A stretch of 64,000 nt of DNA from an uncultured virus (IMG/VR IMGVR_UViG_3300025617_000900) (IMGVR_UViG_3300025617_000900); one strand, 5' to 3'; counted from the first letter of the stretch, positions 54,272 to 64,000 are shown. Made by a program: numbers and translations. The notes: generated by a model not told the origin, from the letters alone.

Positions 54272-55266
54272 ATTTTCCTCTTTGGTATTTTACTATCTGC
54301 ACTGCTTACACAACTAGGTGTAACGCATTTCTTTGGTGTCTTAAACAGCGTAAAACCGCCGTCTAACGTGCCTAAAGCTTCGTCATGACAACTGTAGCTG
54401 CGCTTTACTTCGTTCTCTCTTATAACGCATCCTTGATAGCCTGCATTACATTCCCAGCCCTCGAACTTGTTAAAACCAAACGCATTAAATCGTTCTGCTT
54501 GATCTATGTAGTAGGTATTTCCGCCTGTGTCTTGCAATTCTACTTGTAGTAAAGGTATTATTCCTTTAAATGCTTCTGGGATCGTTTGCGGGAATCCTGT
54601 TTGCATTTTGTGTACTTGTTCATCTGTGTATCCGTGTACAACGTAGGAGGCAGTAGGGTCGGATTGGGGCTTGAGAGTGACATTAATACCTCTGGAGGCA
54701 AATCGTTCAAGACGTTGATAAAGTTCGTCAAACATTTCTGGCACCATGACTTGATTGATTGTAACATATACACCTGCTTTCATAAGTTGAAGACATTTGT
54801 CTCCAAACTCTTGCTCGTTAGCAAACTCTGAATGATAGCTTGCTGTAATACTTCTACGTTGCAAACTGCTCGTAGTTTCTATCCATTTGTTCCACCATTT
54901 GCTTCCTGGGCTGAGATTGGTCGTCATGTGGATACTCTGGTACTCGGGAGTTGCATCACTGCAATAATGGTCTATAACCTTCCCAAAGTATTTATAAGCT
55001 GTGGGTTCGCCGCCGCTAAAACTAAAGTGAAAATCTTTAAAACCATTTGCACGGGCCTGACGTTTTATTTCATCTATTGTACGAGTGTAAACTTCTAAAT
55101 CTTGATGGTCAGGAGTGCTGCTGCGAGCATAGGGCCAGCAGTAGCTACAGTTGTAATTACAAAATCTTGCAAGTATCCAAGACACTGTAAACAAGTTTGT
55201 ATTTAATAGAGTCTTTTGACCAAAGCTTGTTATATCTTTAAATGGTATGTTTTGAAAATTGTTCAT
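54268..55266 (-). CDS. radical SAM protein with C-terminal Cys cluster
   Basis: CNYNCSYC, SGGEPT, TTN, CNAG...C...C...C. Confidence 0.9.
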   Translation of the reverse strand: MNNFQNIPFKDITSFGQKTLLNTNLFTVSWILARFCNYNCSYCWPYARSSTPDHQDLEVYTRTIDEIKRQARANGFKDFHFSFSGGEPTAYKYFGKVIDHYCSDATPEYQSIHMTTNLSPGSKWWNKWIETTSSLQRRSITASYHSEFANEQEFGDKCLQLMKAGVYVTINQVMVPEMFDELYQRLERFASRGINVTLKPQSDPTASYVVHGYTDEQVHKMQTGFPQTIPEAFKGIIPLLQVELQDTGGNTYYIDQAERFNAFGFNKFEGWECNAGYQGCVIRENEVKRSYSCHDEALGTLDGGFTLFKTPKKCVTPSCVSSADSKIPKRKI

Positions 55267-55912
55267 GCAACCACTCAAAATTGTTTATAAGGCTAATGTC
55301 ACTCTTATTAGAAATCCCAAACTTCCTACCAGCATTAGCACCAGCAAGAGCGTAATTGCCGTAGCGTTTCTCAGAGACTTTTGTACACCACGTATCGAGT
55401 CTCTTTTCGGTTTCTTCGTTGTTTTGTCTTGTAATTGTTTTACTACTTAGTTTGGCACATTCTCTAAATGCACTACGCCATGTTTCAAATGGACTTGTGT
55501 TAAATGCTGTAGTATTTGCAACTTCATCCATAGCAATAAAATGTTCACTTATGCTTGTAGTCATATCCGCCTTACTTGTATCCATTTCTATTGTAAGTTT
55601 GCGGGGAAATAACTTTACTCCTCCATAGCCATATTCTAATCCATTAATAGGATTATTTGCTCTCCATACATGTACATGATCTAATTGATGGTCCGGGACA
55701 ACATAATCAAAATTAAATGTATTTTTAATAATTGCATCGCCGTCGACTATCCAAAACATCTTAGTAAAGCATTTCTTTGCTGCCTTTATGTGTGCTTGAT
55801 GTATTCCTTTAACTCCGTGTACACGTTTAGCCATAGGAAATCGTGCCTTTAGTGCAGCATAGTTTTCATCTGCAGAAGGCTCTTGGTAACTAATAAAGAC
55901 TATATCGTACAT
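55238..55912 (-). CDS. GT-A-type glycosyltransferase-like protein
   Basis: DIVFISY.EP, AH..AA, VDGD (DxD), YG.GGVK, WRSAFRE..KL. Confidence 0.7.
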   Translation of the reverse strand: MYDIVFISYQEPSADENYAALKARFPMAKRVHGVKGIHQAHIKAAKKCFTKMFWIVDGDAIIKNTFNFDYVVPDHQLDHVHVWRANNPINGLEYGYGGVKLFPRKLTIEMDTSKADMTTSISEHFIAMDEVANTTAFNTSPFETWRSAFRECAKLSSKTITRQNNEETEKRLDTWCTKVSEKRYGNYALAGANAGRKFGISNKSDISLINNFEWLHEQFSKHTI

Positions 55913-55918
55913 TGTATT

Positions 55919-55947
55919 ATTGTAACACCGTGTTTAATAAATGTCAA
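55919..55947 (-). promoter_or_regulatory. sigma70 promoter, probably giving a leaderless mRNA
   Basis: TTGACA-N17-TACAAT on the minus strand, then 6 nt, then ATG 55912. Confidence 0.7.
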
Positions 55948-57464
55948 GAAGAGTATCGATTATATAGTTCAGCAAATTCTGGAAATGTTTCGCAGAAATT
56001 AGTGTTTCTACGGGCATCATGCTGATCAAAATATTTAACTAGGTTATAACGATTTCTTTCAACTGCTTCATCGTTATTCAAGTGACGTGCTTTTAATACT
56101 GCTAGATTGCGTTCTGCTTTTTTAATTTCAAAGTCATAAAAGCCTACAAAATCGTCAGTATTTGCATTTGCTTTCATAAATTCAATTGCATCTTCTAAAT
56201 AATGATCAAACTCTTTAGGTAGTATTTGTATTGCTTGCCATGCTGGATTTCTTAGTAACGGAATATCAAACCAAATTCGCTGCCTTGGGTGGATTTCGTA
56301 GTCGTCATGTGTATTGTACTGATCATATATAGGAATATATTTTGTTCCTTGATTGCCTTTACTGTACTCGGCTCTTAGAGAAAGTATATATTCTAAAAAG
56401 CTTTTAAATTTAGGAACACTCAATGCGTTGAATGTATTGATAAATGTCATTGTTGTATTATTGGTTTCTGCTAAAAATCTATCTACATTACTTTGCATTG
56501 CACTGTAATCTAATCCTGTTCTGATATATTCGGCTTGTTCTTCTACACTGTCAACACTAACAAATACTGCGACATTTTTTAATGCCATGTTAACATACCA
56601 GTTGTTACCTGAGCCAGGATTAAAACGTTCGTCGTCTTTCCATATTTGTATTTCTTCTAGTTTCTTCAACTTGGTAATAAATTTGTCCATTAATTCAGAT
56701 TTTGGAGGTGAAAAGTTACTGGTTACGCTAACCTCTAACCATGCGTTAGGATTTTCGTAGATATAATCCAATACTTTAAATGTATTAACGTCCATTAGCG
56801 GCTCTCCGCCTGTGATACGAAATACTTCAAGTTTTTTGTATAACTCCGGCCACCATTTCCAAAATGCTGTTACATAGGGATTATCGGCTTGCGGAACTTT
56901 TAGTGGCATTAATCCATCTTTTGCTAGATACTCGGTATTATTATGTTCTGCCTTTTCGCCTTTGTCATTTATAATACTATAAGATCCGAACTTGTTGATT
57001 TCTTCTTCCCATGCTGTGCTAAGGTGCGGACTACAATATGAACATTTAAGATTACATGCTTGATTAAAGTTTACTTCTACGTAACGCGGAGTTATATCTC
57101 CGGTATCTAATGCTTCAAAAACATCCGTTTTAGAATTTTGTGCCCATTGCTCGCCGCTGCGATAAATTCTATCACTGCGTCCGCCTTGATCTTCAATTTT
57201 CCAACAGTAATTACATCCTTCAGGACGTTTACCTGCGAGCATCTCTTTGCGTTCTTGTTTCTTTTGTTTTGTATTATGTAGAGCACTTGGATTTTCTTTA
57301 ATTTCTTCCGCATCAATTTTATGCAAGGGAGGATGATAACAACTATGTGTTGTGCCGTTGGTCAAGTGCATGGACATCTGTGCCCATTTTGCATAGCACA
57401 TGCTTGACGAAATACGTTTTAATTGGGATTCTGCTACATCAGCAGCATCATTATAATTACTCAT
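55944..57464 (-). CDS. radical SAM protein with N-terminal auxiliary Cys domain
   Basis: C.AKW, SCYHP, C.YCW, CNLKCSYC, ITGGEPL. Confidence 0.9.
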   Translation of the reverse strand: MSNYNDAADVAESQLKRISSSMCYAKWAQMSMHLTNGTTHSCYHPPLHKIDAEEIKENPSALHNTKQKKQERKEMLAGKRPEGCNYCWKIEDQGGRSDRIYRSGEQWAQNSKTDVFEALDTGDITPRYVEVNFNQACNLKCSYCSPHLSTAWEEEINKFGSYSIINDKGEKAEHNNTEYLAKDGLMPLKVPQADNPYVTAFWKWWPELYKKLEVFRITGGEPLMDVNTFKVLDYIYENPNAWLEVSVTSNFSPPKSELMDKFITKLKKLEEIQIWKDDERFNPGSGNNWYVNMALKNVAVFVSVDSVEEQAEYIRTGLDYSAMQSNVDRFLAETNNTTMTFINTFNALSVPKFKSFLEYILSLRAEYSKGNQGTKYIPIYDQYNTHDDYEIHPRQRIWFDIPLLRNPAWQAIQILPKEFDHYLEDAIEFMKANANTDDFVGFYDFEIKKAERNLAVLKARHLNNDEAVERNRYNLVKYFDQHDARRNTNFCETFPEFAELYNRYSS

Positions 57465-58384
57465 TTAAATCTCTCATGTAAATATTCTGCAACTTCTATA
57501 CTGATAACTTCGCCCGGGTGTTGTAGATCTCTTGCAGTTTTATCAATCTTAAAGTGTTTTTCGGCATTTAGGATTTGGGCAGTAGAATAAAAAAAGGATA
57601 TACTAGAATACTTGCTGCGTTCTTTCCATAACCACTTTCCAATTAATCCTTGATTATAAGTAAGGCCTATTTCGTGGGAAGGATCTGCATATGTAAGTTG
57701 CCATAATTTACTAACGTCAGTTTCTTGACTCGTGTGAGGAGCTTTGTGTCGTCCGTCCCAAGGCCCAGATTTGTGTCTGCCGATCTTTGAAAAAAATTCA
57801 AATCTATCCGTAGGAGTCCAAATAGTAGCTACTGCGTATGGTGTTTCAAAGCTTTCCAATATTTTTGTAGAATTATATAAAATTAAACTATTCGAACCTC
57901 CTGGAACTCCTAAATTAATTACTGGGCGCCCGGATAGTCGTTCTAAATGAAATGATATTGTCTCGTCGTCCGATAGGCCAATGCCGTATGTACAAGAACA
58001 ACCTAATAATACAATAGAGTTTTTCCAATCAATTTGATCCCATTCTAGAGTACGGAAACCTGAACTATTAACTGTATATGTAACCTCTTTTGTTAGATAT
58101 TTCCAATCTTTACCTTTTTTTCTTTTACTACTGTTAAATCTATTTTCGTCGTCTCCTTGCAACCATAGATATTTTCCAGAAACTTCTGGAGAATCAATTT
58201 TATTAAATGTGCCGACTGGATTTATTCCGAAAGGGTGCTCTGTATCCGTTAGATACAATGGAAAATTGTCATCTATCTGTTTATCATCAAATAAAGGAGG
58301 TGATTTATTAGATTTTTCATTCGTATTTTGGCTTTGAGTGACCGAACGAAATCTTGCCATCATTTTTTTATTTTTTTTACTCAT
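57461..58384 (-). CDS. SGNH/GDSL-like hydrolase or acyltransferase
   Basis: NSSGFR, LGCSCTYG, INLG..G.SN, D..HP. Confidence 0.75.
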   Translation of the reverse strand: MSKKNKKMMARFRSVTQSQNTNEKSNKSPPLFDDKQIDDNFPLYLTDTEHPFGINPVGTFNKIDSPEVSGKYLWLQGDDENRFNSSKRKKGKDWKYLTKEVTYTVNSSGFRTLEWDQIDWKNSIVLLGCSCTYGIGLSDDETISFHLERLSGRPVINLGVPGGSNSLILYNSTKILESFETPYAVATIWTPTDRFEFFSKIGRHKSGPWDGRHKAPHTSQETDVSKLWQLTYADPSHEIGLTYNQGLIGKWLWKERSKYSSISFFYSTAQILNAEKHFKIDKTARDLQHPGEVISIEVAEYLHERFK

Positions 58385-58392
58385 ATTAGCCT

Positions 58393-59403
58393 TTAAATAT
58401 TGTTTATATAGTTATATAAGTGTTTTGCAAATAAGTCATGTCCTTTCTGACTAGGATGCGAACACGGTGTCATCCATCCGTTATATGAACCTTTTCCTAA
58501 AAACTGAAAATAATGATCATGTTTATCATCTAACTTATCTTCTTGAGCAATAACTAAGTCAGCAAATGTAGTGTGTCCGTCAGGTTTAAACATGTTGTTC
58601 CATGGAAATAACTCCAACAAATTTGTTTTATCTGATGCAGACTTGCTTAGGATAGGCTTGGTAGATTTTACAAATAACTCATCTTTTCTTGTTACTTCTT
58701 TTGATAAACATTCTCGAAAATAGTCCTTGTCGTATCTTCTATCAAAACCCGGTGTAATTATTAATTTTGCCTTTTTAGACTTACACCAAGACATTAGTTC
58801 TTGCACATGGGCAAGTTGTTCTATTACCTCAAATTTATCACTTGACAGAGTTTTAGCATACCCTTCCCATAGCGTTTTACGCGGACTCTCTTCCATATCT
58901 TTATAATGGGGCCACATGCATTTCCAATTAAAATGGTCAACTGCTACATCATTAACAAAATCAAATCTTTCAAGACCGCTAGGCATATATAGCACTATAA
59001 TTTCTTTTAATTCGTTATAGTTAATTTCAGGATACATATATAATTCTTTGATTGACGCTCTATTGCCACATCCTCGAAGTCCTAGATTAATTGGAGTATA
59101 TTTTCCGTTAAAATACTTGTTGCACAAAACACTAACAAAGGCATTTTTGTATTCCATCATAGTAAAATCCATTCCATGCATTGAATTGGAAACACCTTGA
59201 TAATTTTTTGATATTCTTTTACGCTCTTTTGAAGATGCATCTATAACAAGTGGAAGTCCTTCAGTATACTTCCATTTAAAATTTTCATATAGCTCATCAT
59301 CAAATGCGCCTTGGCCTTGTACAAAGGAACACCCAATTGCAATAATGGCCCTTTTAGTATTTTTTAAATCTTTGTTTATTCTAGTAACTTGCGATTTATA
59401 CAT
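58393..59403 (-). CDS. SGNH/GDSL-like hydrolase or acyltransferase
   Basis: IGCSFVQG, INLG..G.GN, HPS..GH..FA. Confidence 0.75.
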   Translation of the reverse strand: MYKSQVTRINKDLKNTKRAIIAIGCSFVQGQGAFDDELYENFKWKYTEGLPLVIDASSKERKRISKNYQGVSNSMHGMDFTMMEYKNAFVSVLCNKYFNGKYTPINLGLRGCGNRASIKELYMYPEINYNELKEIIVLYMPSGLERFDFVNDVAVDHFNWKCMWPHYKDMEESPRKTLWEGYAKTLSSDKFEVIEQLAHVQELMSWCKSKKAKLIITPGFDRRYDKDYFRECLSKEVTRKDELFVKSTKPILSKSASDKTNLLELFPWNNMFKPDGHTTFADLVIAQEDKLDDKHDHYFQFLGKGSYNGWMTPCSHPSQKGHDLFAKHLYNYINNI

Positions 59404-60719
59404 TATGTTTCCTTATCGACATAATCTTCTATAACTTTTAAATACGGTGAAGGATGTTTATTAGTCCTAGACTTTAAAATGTTATAATTATGATTTAAAA
59501 TATCTTCTAAGCCTCGAAACCATTCTAATTTATCATCAACAGACATACTGTTTATTCTAGAAATTTCATTAGTAATTGCTTGCATACGTGGCCAAGTACT
59601 TAATTTATCATAACTTTCATCGATAAAGGGACTAAATGTTTTATAGCCTAATTCACGCAATCTAGATAAAGATCCTTTGTTTCCAGCTATTATAAAAGGA
59701 TGACAGCATGCTATAGGTTTAAATGTTTTTTCACTAAGAAAACATTCGTGCTCACTGTCTCCAAACGATGCTTCGCTAACAACTGTAACCCAGGTGTCTA
59801 ACATTATTTGTTCGTTAAACATAGTCAAATAGTTTCCGCAATCGTGATCGGCAAATTTTTTTAATCCTGAGTTGTTCGGAGGTAGTAACGGTAATTTACC
59901 AATTATATTAGAATAGTCGCTTTCTGTCATTGTTTTGTCTTCGTAGTAAGACTGATTCAATTTAAAGACATTCATACTGTTTATTCCACAGTCTAATAAT
60001 CCAGCATCTGATAGATGCTTAAAAAACCAAGCACGATGAGCTCTTGGGCGCTTCTGTAATGCACTATATGTTTTTATGGTAGACAAGTTAGTTTCTTTAT
60101 ACGTTAATTGTTGTTCAAAATTTGGATATGTATCAGTTGCAGCATGGGATAAAATGTTTGCAATCGAAGTTTCAAAATGTGGATAAGGAACTACAAAAAT
60201 TTTATTATCTGGAAGTCGATCTTTAGCCCAGTTATTATATTGATCTCTACTATCTAAATTGCCAGTAACATATATAATTTGCGTAGGAGGTATTCTATAC
60301 TTTTCAAGATTATTGTGAAACCATGCCCAAAGCCATTCGGTTTGATACCCTTCATGACACTGATCTATTAGTAAGTATGCATTTTTTCGGCTTAATGATT
60401 TACGTTGTTTTTTACTTAGGTGTCCAAATAAAGTAACTCTATTAGGATTTTCTTTATCAAGACCTAACCCAGTATCGTCTGGACCGCACCAATCCCACGG
60501 GGCATGGGCTACACCAGTTGCAATAATATGTTTCTGATTTTTTTCTCGAGTTGTAGAGAATGTGTGGTATCCGTGTTCTTGTTGTCCTCGACGCTGATGA
60601 TAATCAATTACGATAGGACTAGGAGTAAATCTACGTATTCCGGATAGATTTTTATCACGGCATTTAATAAAATTTGTAAATAATCCGTGCGTGCCTATAG
60701 ATTCGAATAAAAAATGCAT
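59403..60719 (-). CDS. glycosyltransferase-like protein (GT10-like C-terminus)
   Basis: R.HR, VVSE, FLSEKTFKPI...PFI..G...L..LR..GYKTF...DESYD. Confidence 0.65.
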   Translation of the reverse strand: MHFLFESIGTHGLFTNFIKCRDKNLSGIRRFTPSPIVIDYHQRRGQQEHGYHTFSTTREKNQKHIIATGVAHAPWDWCGPDDTGLGLDKENPNRVTLFGHLSKKQRKSLSRKNAYLLIDQCHEGYQTEWLWAWFHNNLEKYRIPPTQIIYVTGNLDSRDQYNNWAKDRLPDNKIFVVPYPHFETSIANILSHAATDTYPNFEQQLTYKETNLSTIKTYSALQKRPRAHRAWFFKHLSDAGLLDCGINSMNVFKLNQSYYEDKTMTESDYSNIIGKLPLLPPNNSGLKKFADHDCGNYLTMFNEQIMLDTWVTVVSEASFGDSEHECFLSEKTFKPIACCHPFIIAGNKGSLSRLRELGYKTFSPFIDESYDKLSTWPRMQAITNEISRINSMSVDDKLEWFRGLEDILNHNYNILKSRTNKHPSPYLKVIEDYVDKET

Positions 60720-61721
60720 TTAAATTAACCGATCCGTCCATGTTTTTGGAGTTTTGTAATTTACAATCTCTAGTGGAAATGTGTAGTCAAACGGCTTTGT
60801 GCCTCGTTTTTTAATATAGTCAACAGTATATTCAACTGCTGTTTCTAAATTGGTAGTTGTTTTATAATTTAATAACTTGCGAGCTTTATCTGCACTACAC
60901 ATTGCATGTTTAACTTCTTGAGGACGGTCATCGACATGTATAGGATCTAAATTACAACCTGTTTTATTGGCTACTAGTTTTGCTAAATTTTTGATATTTA
61001 TTGTTCCTTCATCTGGTCCAATATTTACTATTTGGCTTGATATATTTTTATCTAATGCGAGTTTTTCAAGACACTGAATACAGTCATCAATGTAACTAAA
61101 GCATCGTGTTTGTTCGCCATCGCCGTATATAATAGCAGGATTGCCTTGTAAATTTCTATTGATCATAATACTCATTACATTTCGGAATGGATCATCATAA
61201 CGCTGCCTTGGTCCAACAATGTTGTGCGGCACAGCAATATTCCATTCCATACCGTGTACTTCACTTAGCGTAGTCAGTACTTGTTCGCCTGCTACTTTAG
61301 CAATGCCGTAAGGATCAACTGGGGCAGGTGTCTGTGTTTCAACAAACGGAATCTGTTGATTTCCGTAACGTGCCATACTAGTACAGTATACAAAACGTTT
61401 TACCTTGTTTTCAAGTGCTGCACTAATTGTAGATACCGTTGCTTGAAATATATTCTTAGTAATAAAATCTGGGCTTACTACACTTAGACCTTCATGAGCA
61501 GTTGCAGCAGTGTGTATAACAATATCTATATCTTTCATTATATCTGCCATGCGTTCTCTGTCGCAACAATCTACTTTGTACAAAGTAGCTTTGTGATGTA
61601 CATTATCCTCATAACCGCCAATCAGTGTATCGTTGCCAGATACTTCGTGACCAAGTTCTATCATACGATCTGCTAAATGACTTCCTAGAAATCCTGCAAT
61701 GCCTGTTATAAAAATTTTCAT
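60720..61721 (-). CDS. NAD-dependent nucleotide-sugar epimerase/dehydratase
   Basis: TGIAGFLGS, YGIAK, N.VGP, GDGEQTR.F.Y. Confidence 0.93.
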   Translation of the reverse strand: MKIFITGIAGFLGSHLADRMIELGHEVSGNDTLIGGYEDNVHHKATLYKVDCCDRERMADIMKDIDIVIHTAATAHEGLSVVSPDFITKNIFQATVSTISAALENKVKRFVYCTSMARYGNQQIPFVETQTPAPVDPYGIAKVAGEQVLTTLSEVHGMEWNIAVPHNIVGPRQRYDDPFRNVMSIMINRNLQGNPAIIYGDGEQTRCFSYIDDCIQCLEKLALDKNISSQIVNIGPDEGTINIKNLAKLVANKTGCNLDPIHVDDRPQEVKHAMCSADKARKLLNYKTTTNLETAVEYTVDYIKKRGTKPFDYTFPLEIVNYKTPKTWTDRLI

Positions 61722-63118
61722 AGTTTTCCTAAATTTTGTTCACTTGCTAAAGACTTACAATGATTCCAAAAATTATCCATTTCAGGAAAAGTTTCTAAAA
61801 AGTTTGTATTTCTTCTACGATCCATCTCTGTAAACCAATTATAAAAATCTGCACGACCTTCTTGTACTCGGGTTTCGTCATAATTAGCTGTTGCAAAGTA
61901 ATCTCGAACTCGACGAAACTTTTGATATTCTAACTCTGTAAATTTGGTCGGATCGTAATCGTCTTTGTTATCGTTAATAAATTGTAAAATTTTATCAAAA
62001 TACGGCAAAAATTCTTCTTTTGGTAAAATCATCATATCATACTGTAAAGGTTCTTTTAAATACGGTGTGTCAAATCTAATGCGCCGGCCATATCCTCCTG
62101 GATTCATTGTTGGTTGATATTTTGTTCGCCAGTCTAAAATCTTTTGTAAAAAATCTGTAAACGAAGTCACACTTAAAATATTAAATGTACACATAATACT
62201 AACAGGTGCATTTGTAGTTGCTATATAGGTTTCTAAATTTTGTTCCCACAACTCTGTTTTAAGTCCAGTACGAATATATTCGGCTTTTTTGCCCCAAGAG
62301 TCTAAACTTGAAAATAATTTAAAGTTTTTAATCTTTTTATTTTCCACTAGGCTTTTTACATTTGTTGCTAGTTTTTCTACAAGTGCTGGCTTAACACCTA
62401 GATTGCTATTTAAATTTAATTCTAATTTAGGCTTTGCTTCTTCTTGTAAAAGGTCAAATAGTCTCCAAGTACTACGGTGCATCAAAGGTTCGCCGCCGGT
62501 GAGACGTAAAATGTTTAGTGTTTTACTAACTTCTGGCCACCATTTCCACCAAGCAGCAATATACGGATTTTCTTCTTCAGCATATGGTTTAAACCAGTCA
62601 ACATTTAATGTATGATTTTTAACTGGCATTGGCCCGTGTTTTTTTATTTCTGCATCATACGAACTACTTGCCATAGGATGACAGTATCCACATTTAAAAT
62701 TACATTCGTTACTAAACGCCAATTCAATATATTCAGGATTAATATTAAAATCCCAAGGACTATTAACAATTTCTTCTAATCTATGCTGATTATAAATGCC
62801 TGCATTACGTTCGTGCCTATCACTAATATGTGTATCACTAAGACCTTCAACATTCCAGCAGTATTGACAGCCTTTGGGCTTTTCGCCTACCAGCATTAAA
62901 GCACGTTCTTTTTTCTTTTCTATCGTATTATGAAGTGCAGAAGGATCCTTTTCAATTTCTTCAAGAGGTATATGATGAGGTGCTGGATGATAACAACTAT
63001 GTGTGTCACCAGTATGCAAATAAATTGTAGTATGATGCCACTTTGCTAAACAGAAAGTAGGACTAATCTTATTTGTAATCTCTTTAGTTTGTGTTATTCT
63101 GTCAGTTTCATTACTCAT
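61718..63118 (-). CDS. radical SAM protein, paralog of 55944-57464
   Basis: CLAKW, SCYHP, CQYCW, CNFKCGYC, LTGGEPL. Confidence 0.9.
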   Translation of the reverse strand: MSNETDRITQTKEITNKISPTFCLAKWHHTTIYLHTGDTHSCYHPAPHHIPLEEIEKDPSALHNTIEKKKERALMLVGEKPKGCQYCWNVEGLSDTHISDRHERNAGIYNQHRLEEIVNSPWDFNINPEYIELAFSNECNFKCGYCHPMASSSYDAEIKKHGPMPVKNHTLNVDWFKPYAEEENPYIAAWWKWWPEVSKTLNILRLTGGEPLMHRSTWRLFDLLQEEAKPKLELNLNSNLGVKPALVEKLATNVKSLVENKKIKNFKLFSSLDSWGKKAEYIRTGLKTELWEQNLETYIATTNAPVSIMCTFNILSVTSFTDFLQKILDWRTKYQPTMNPGGYGRRIRFDTPYLKEPLQYDMMILPKEEFLPYFDKILQFINDNKDDYDPTKFTELEYQKFRRVRDYFATANYDETRVQEGRADFYNWFTEMDRRRNTNFLETFPEMDNFWNHCKSLASEQNLGKL

Positions 63119-63999
63119 AGTTTTTCTATAAACCTTTGATTGTCAGTTCTTGACGGATGCTGGTACACTGCTTTAAAAAATTTACTTTGCTGTGCATCTA
63201 ATGGTTGTTCTGCGATAGGTATATCTAGTTGACTGATTAACTTAATACCGTATTCTTCAATTTCATAATCGACATCTTCAATTGATTCAAACGACACTTT
63301 CCATAAATCGTTCAAGTATTCAAAGTCACGTACTTGCACGTAATCCCAGTCTGTACACATTGTCATATACAATCCTGCTCGTGTTCCAAGTATTGCCCAG
63401 TCACCGTTTTCTACATCTTTGCCTATCATACTCCATATGTATAGCCAGTGCAAGCAACGCCAGTGATTATTCTTTAGTTCTTCTTTTGAAATTCTTACGC
63501 CGCGATCAGTTGCAAGTTTAACACCTTCTCTAAAACCTGCTCTCCATGCTTGTGCAGGAGTTTCGTTGTTGTACACGTCAGAATAACAACTATTCATTTG
63601 AATGTATTGTGCATCCCAGCAAAAGTCTACTTGAGCATGTGCATTATCAGGGTCTGCATTTTCATGTGTTTTCATATTCAATACATACTCACGAGGCCAA
63701 CATTTAAGTCCGCCGTTGCCGTACATTAGTCCATTAATCTCATTACGGCCGCACCAGCTGATAACAGTATTTTTCAAATCTGCATGTTCATCGAAGTCAA
63801 TTTCTTGATTTAAAAAATCTTCACGTATACGGTTGTCACCGTCTACTGTAATAAATCTATCTGTCTCGCTTAGTTCTGCACAAGCTTTGTGTGCGGCGTC
63901 TGAGCCTTCTACACCGTGTACACGTTTAGCCCACGGAACTTTTTTACACAAGTCAGCGTAGTTTTTTTCTGCATTAGGTTCGTCATAACTAAGATAGAT
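63115..63999 (-). CDS. GT-A-type glycosyltransferase-like protein, 5' end outside the window; paralog of 55238-55912
   Basis: Frame open to the window edge (IYLSYDEPNAEKNY...), AHKACA, VDGD, YGNGGLK, WRAGFREGVKL. Confidence 0.72.
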   Translation of the reverse strand: MYLSYDEPNAEKNYADLCKKVPWAKRVHGVEGSDAAHKACAELSETDRFITVDGDNRIREDFLNQEIDFDEHADLKNTVISWCGRNEINGLMYGNGGLKCWPREYVLNMKTHENADPDNAHAQVDFCWDAQYIQMNSCYSDVYNNETPAQAWRAGFREGVKLATDRGVRISKEELKNNHWRCLHWLYIWSMIGKDVENGDWAILGTRAGLYMTMCTDWDYVQVRDFEYLNDLWKVSFESIEDVDYEIEEYGIKLISQLDIPIAEQPLDAQQSKFFKAVYQHPSRTDNQRFIEKL

Positions 64000-64000
64000 A

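Noticed and set aside
44452..63521. Short ORFs nested in or antisense to island genes (e.g. 51264-51710, 53778-54098, 62289-62615) as RiPP precursors
   Set aside because: They are fully overlapped by motif-bearing enzymes and have no independent expression signals. No free-standing precursor ORF was found in the island.
1..64000. tRNA/rRNA genes and stop-codon reassignment
   Set aside because: Intergenic gaps are short and none showed a cloverleaf by eye (tRNAscan-SE not run). Genes are full length and tightly packed under the standard code.

Overview
A 64-kb segment of a large, AT-rich dsDNA tailed-phage genome (T4-like/myovirus-type gene content, standard genetic code). It has four blocks. 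(1) 1-4.9 kb: small, highly charged modular proteins, several starting with a shared M-[KR]-x-x-[ED]-I-x-E leader that resembles T4 capsid-targeting/prohead-protease signals. (2) 6.6-24 kb: replication core (DsbA-like, family B DNA polymerase, sliding clamp, RNase H-type exonuclease) interleaved with a 7-deazaguanine DNA-modification pathway (TGT-fold DpdA, FolE, QueE, a QueD-like LxxxHRHxF protein) and sugar-handling enzymes (cytidylyltransferase, phosphomannomutase, epimerase, two dehydrogenases, glycosyltransferase, PRTase). (3) 24-31 kb: conserved hypotheticals, a MoxR AAA+/VWA-metallopeptidase pair and a tail-fibre-like gene. (4) 31-64 kb: a strand-alternating island made almost wholly of tailoring enzymes (11 radical SAM, about 10 2OG-Fe(II)/cupin oxygenases, a halogenase-like flavoprotein, methyl-, acyl- and glycosyltransferases, 2 kinase-like proteins, a PP-loop ATPase), with no scaffold synthase and several divergent TAAATA-N5-ATG starts. 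The best candidates for new biology are a possibly glycosylated, clamp-tethered deazaguanine DNA modification and a late-expressed virion/protein decoration system. All product calls come from motifs read by eye; no database searches were run.
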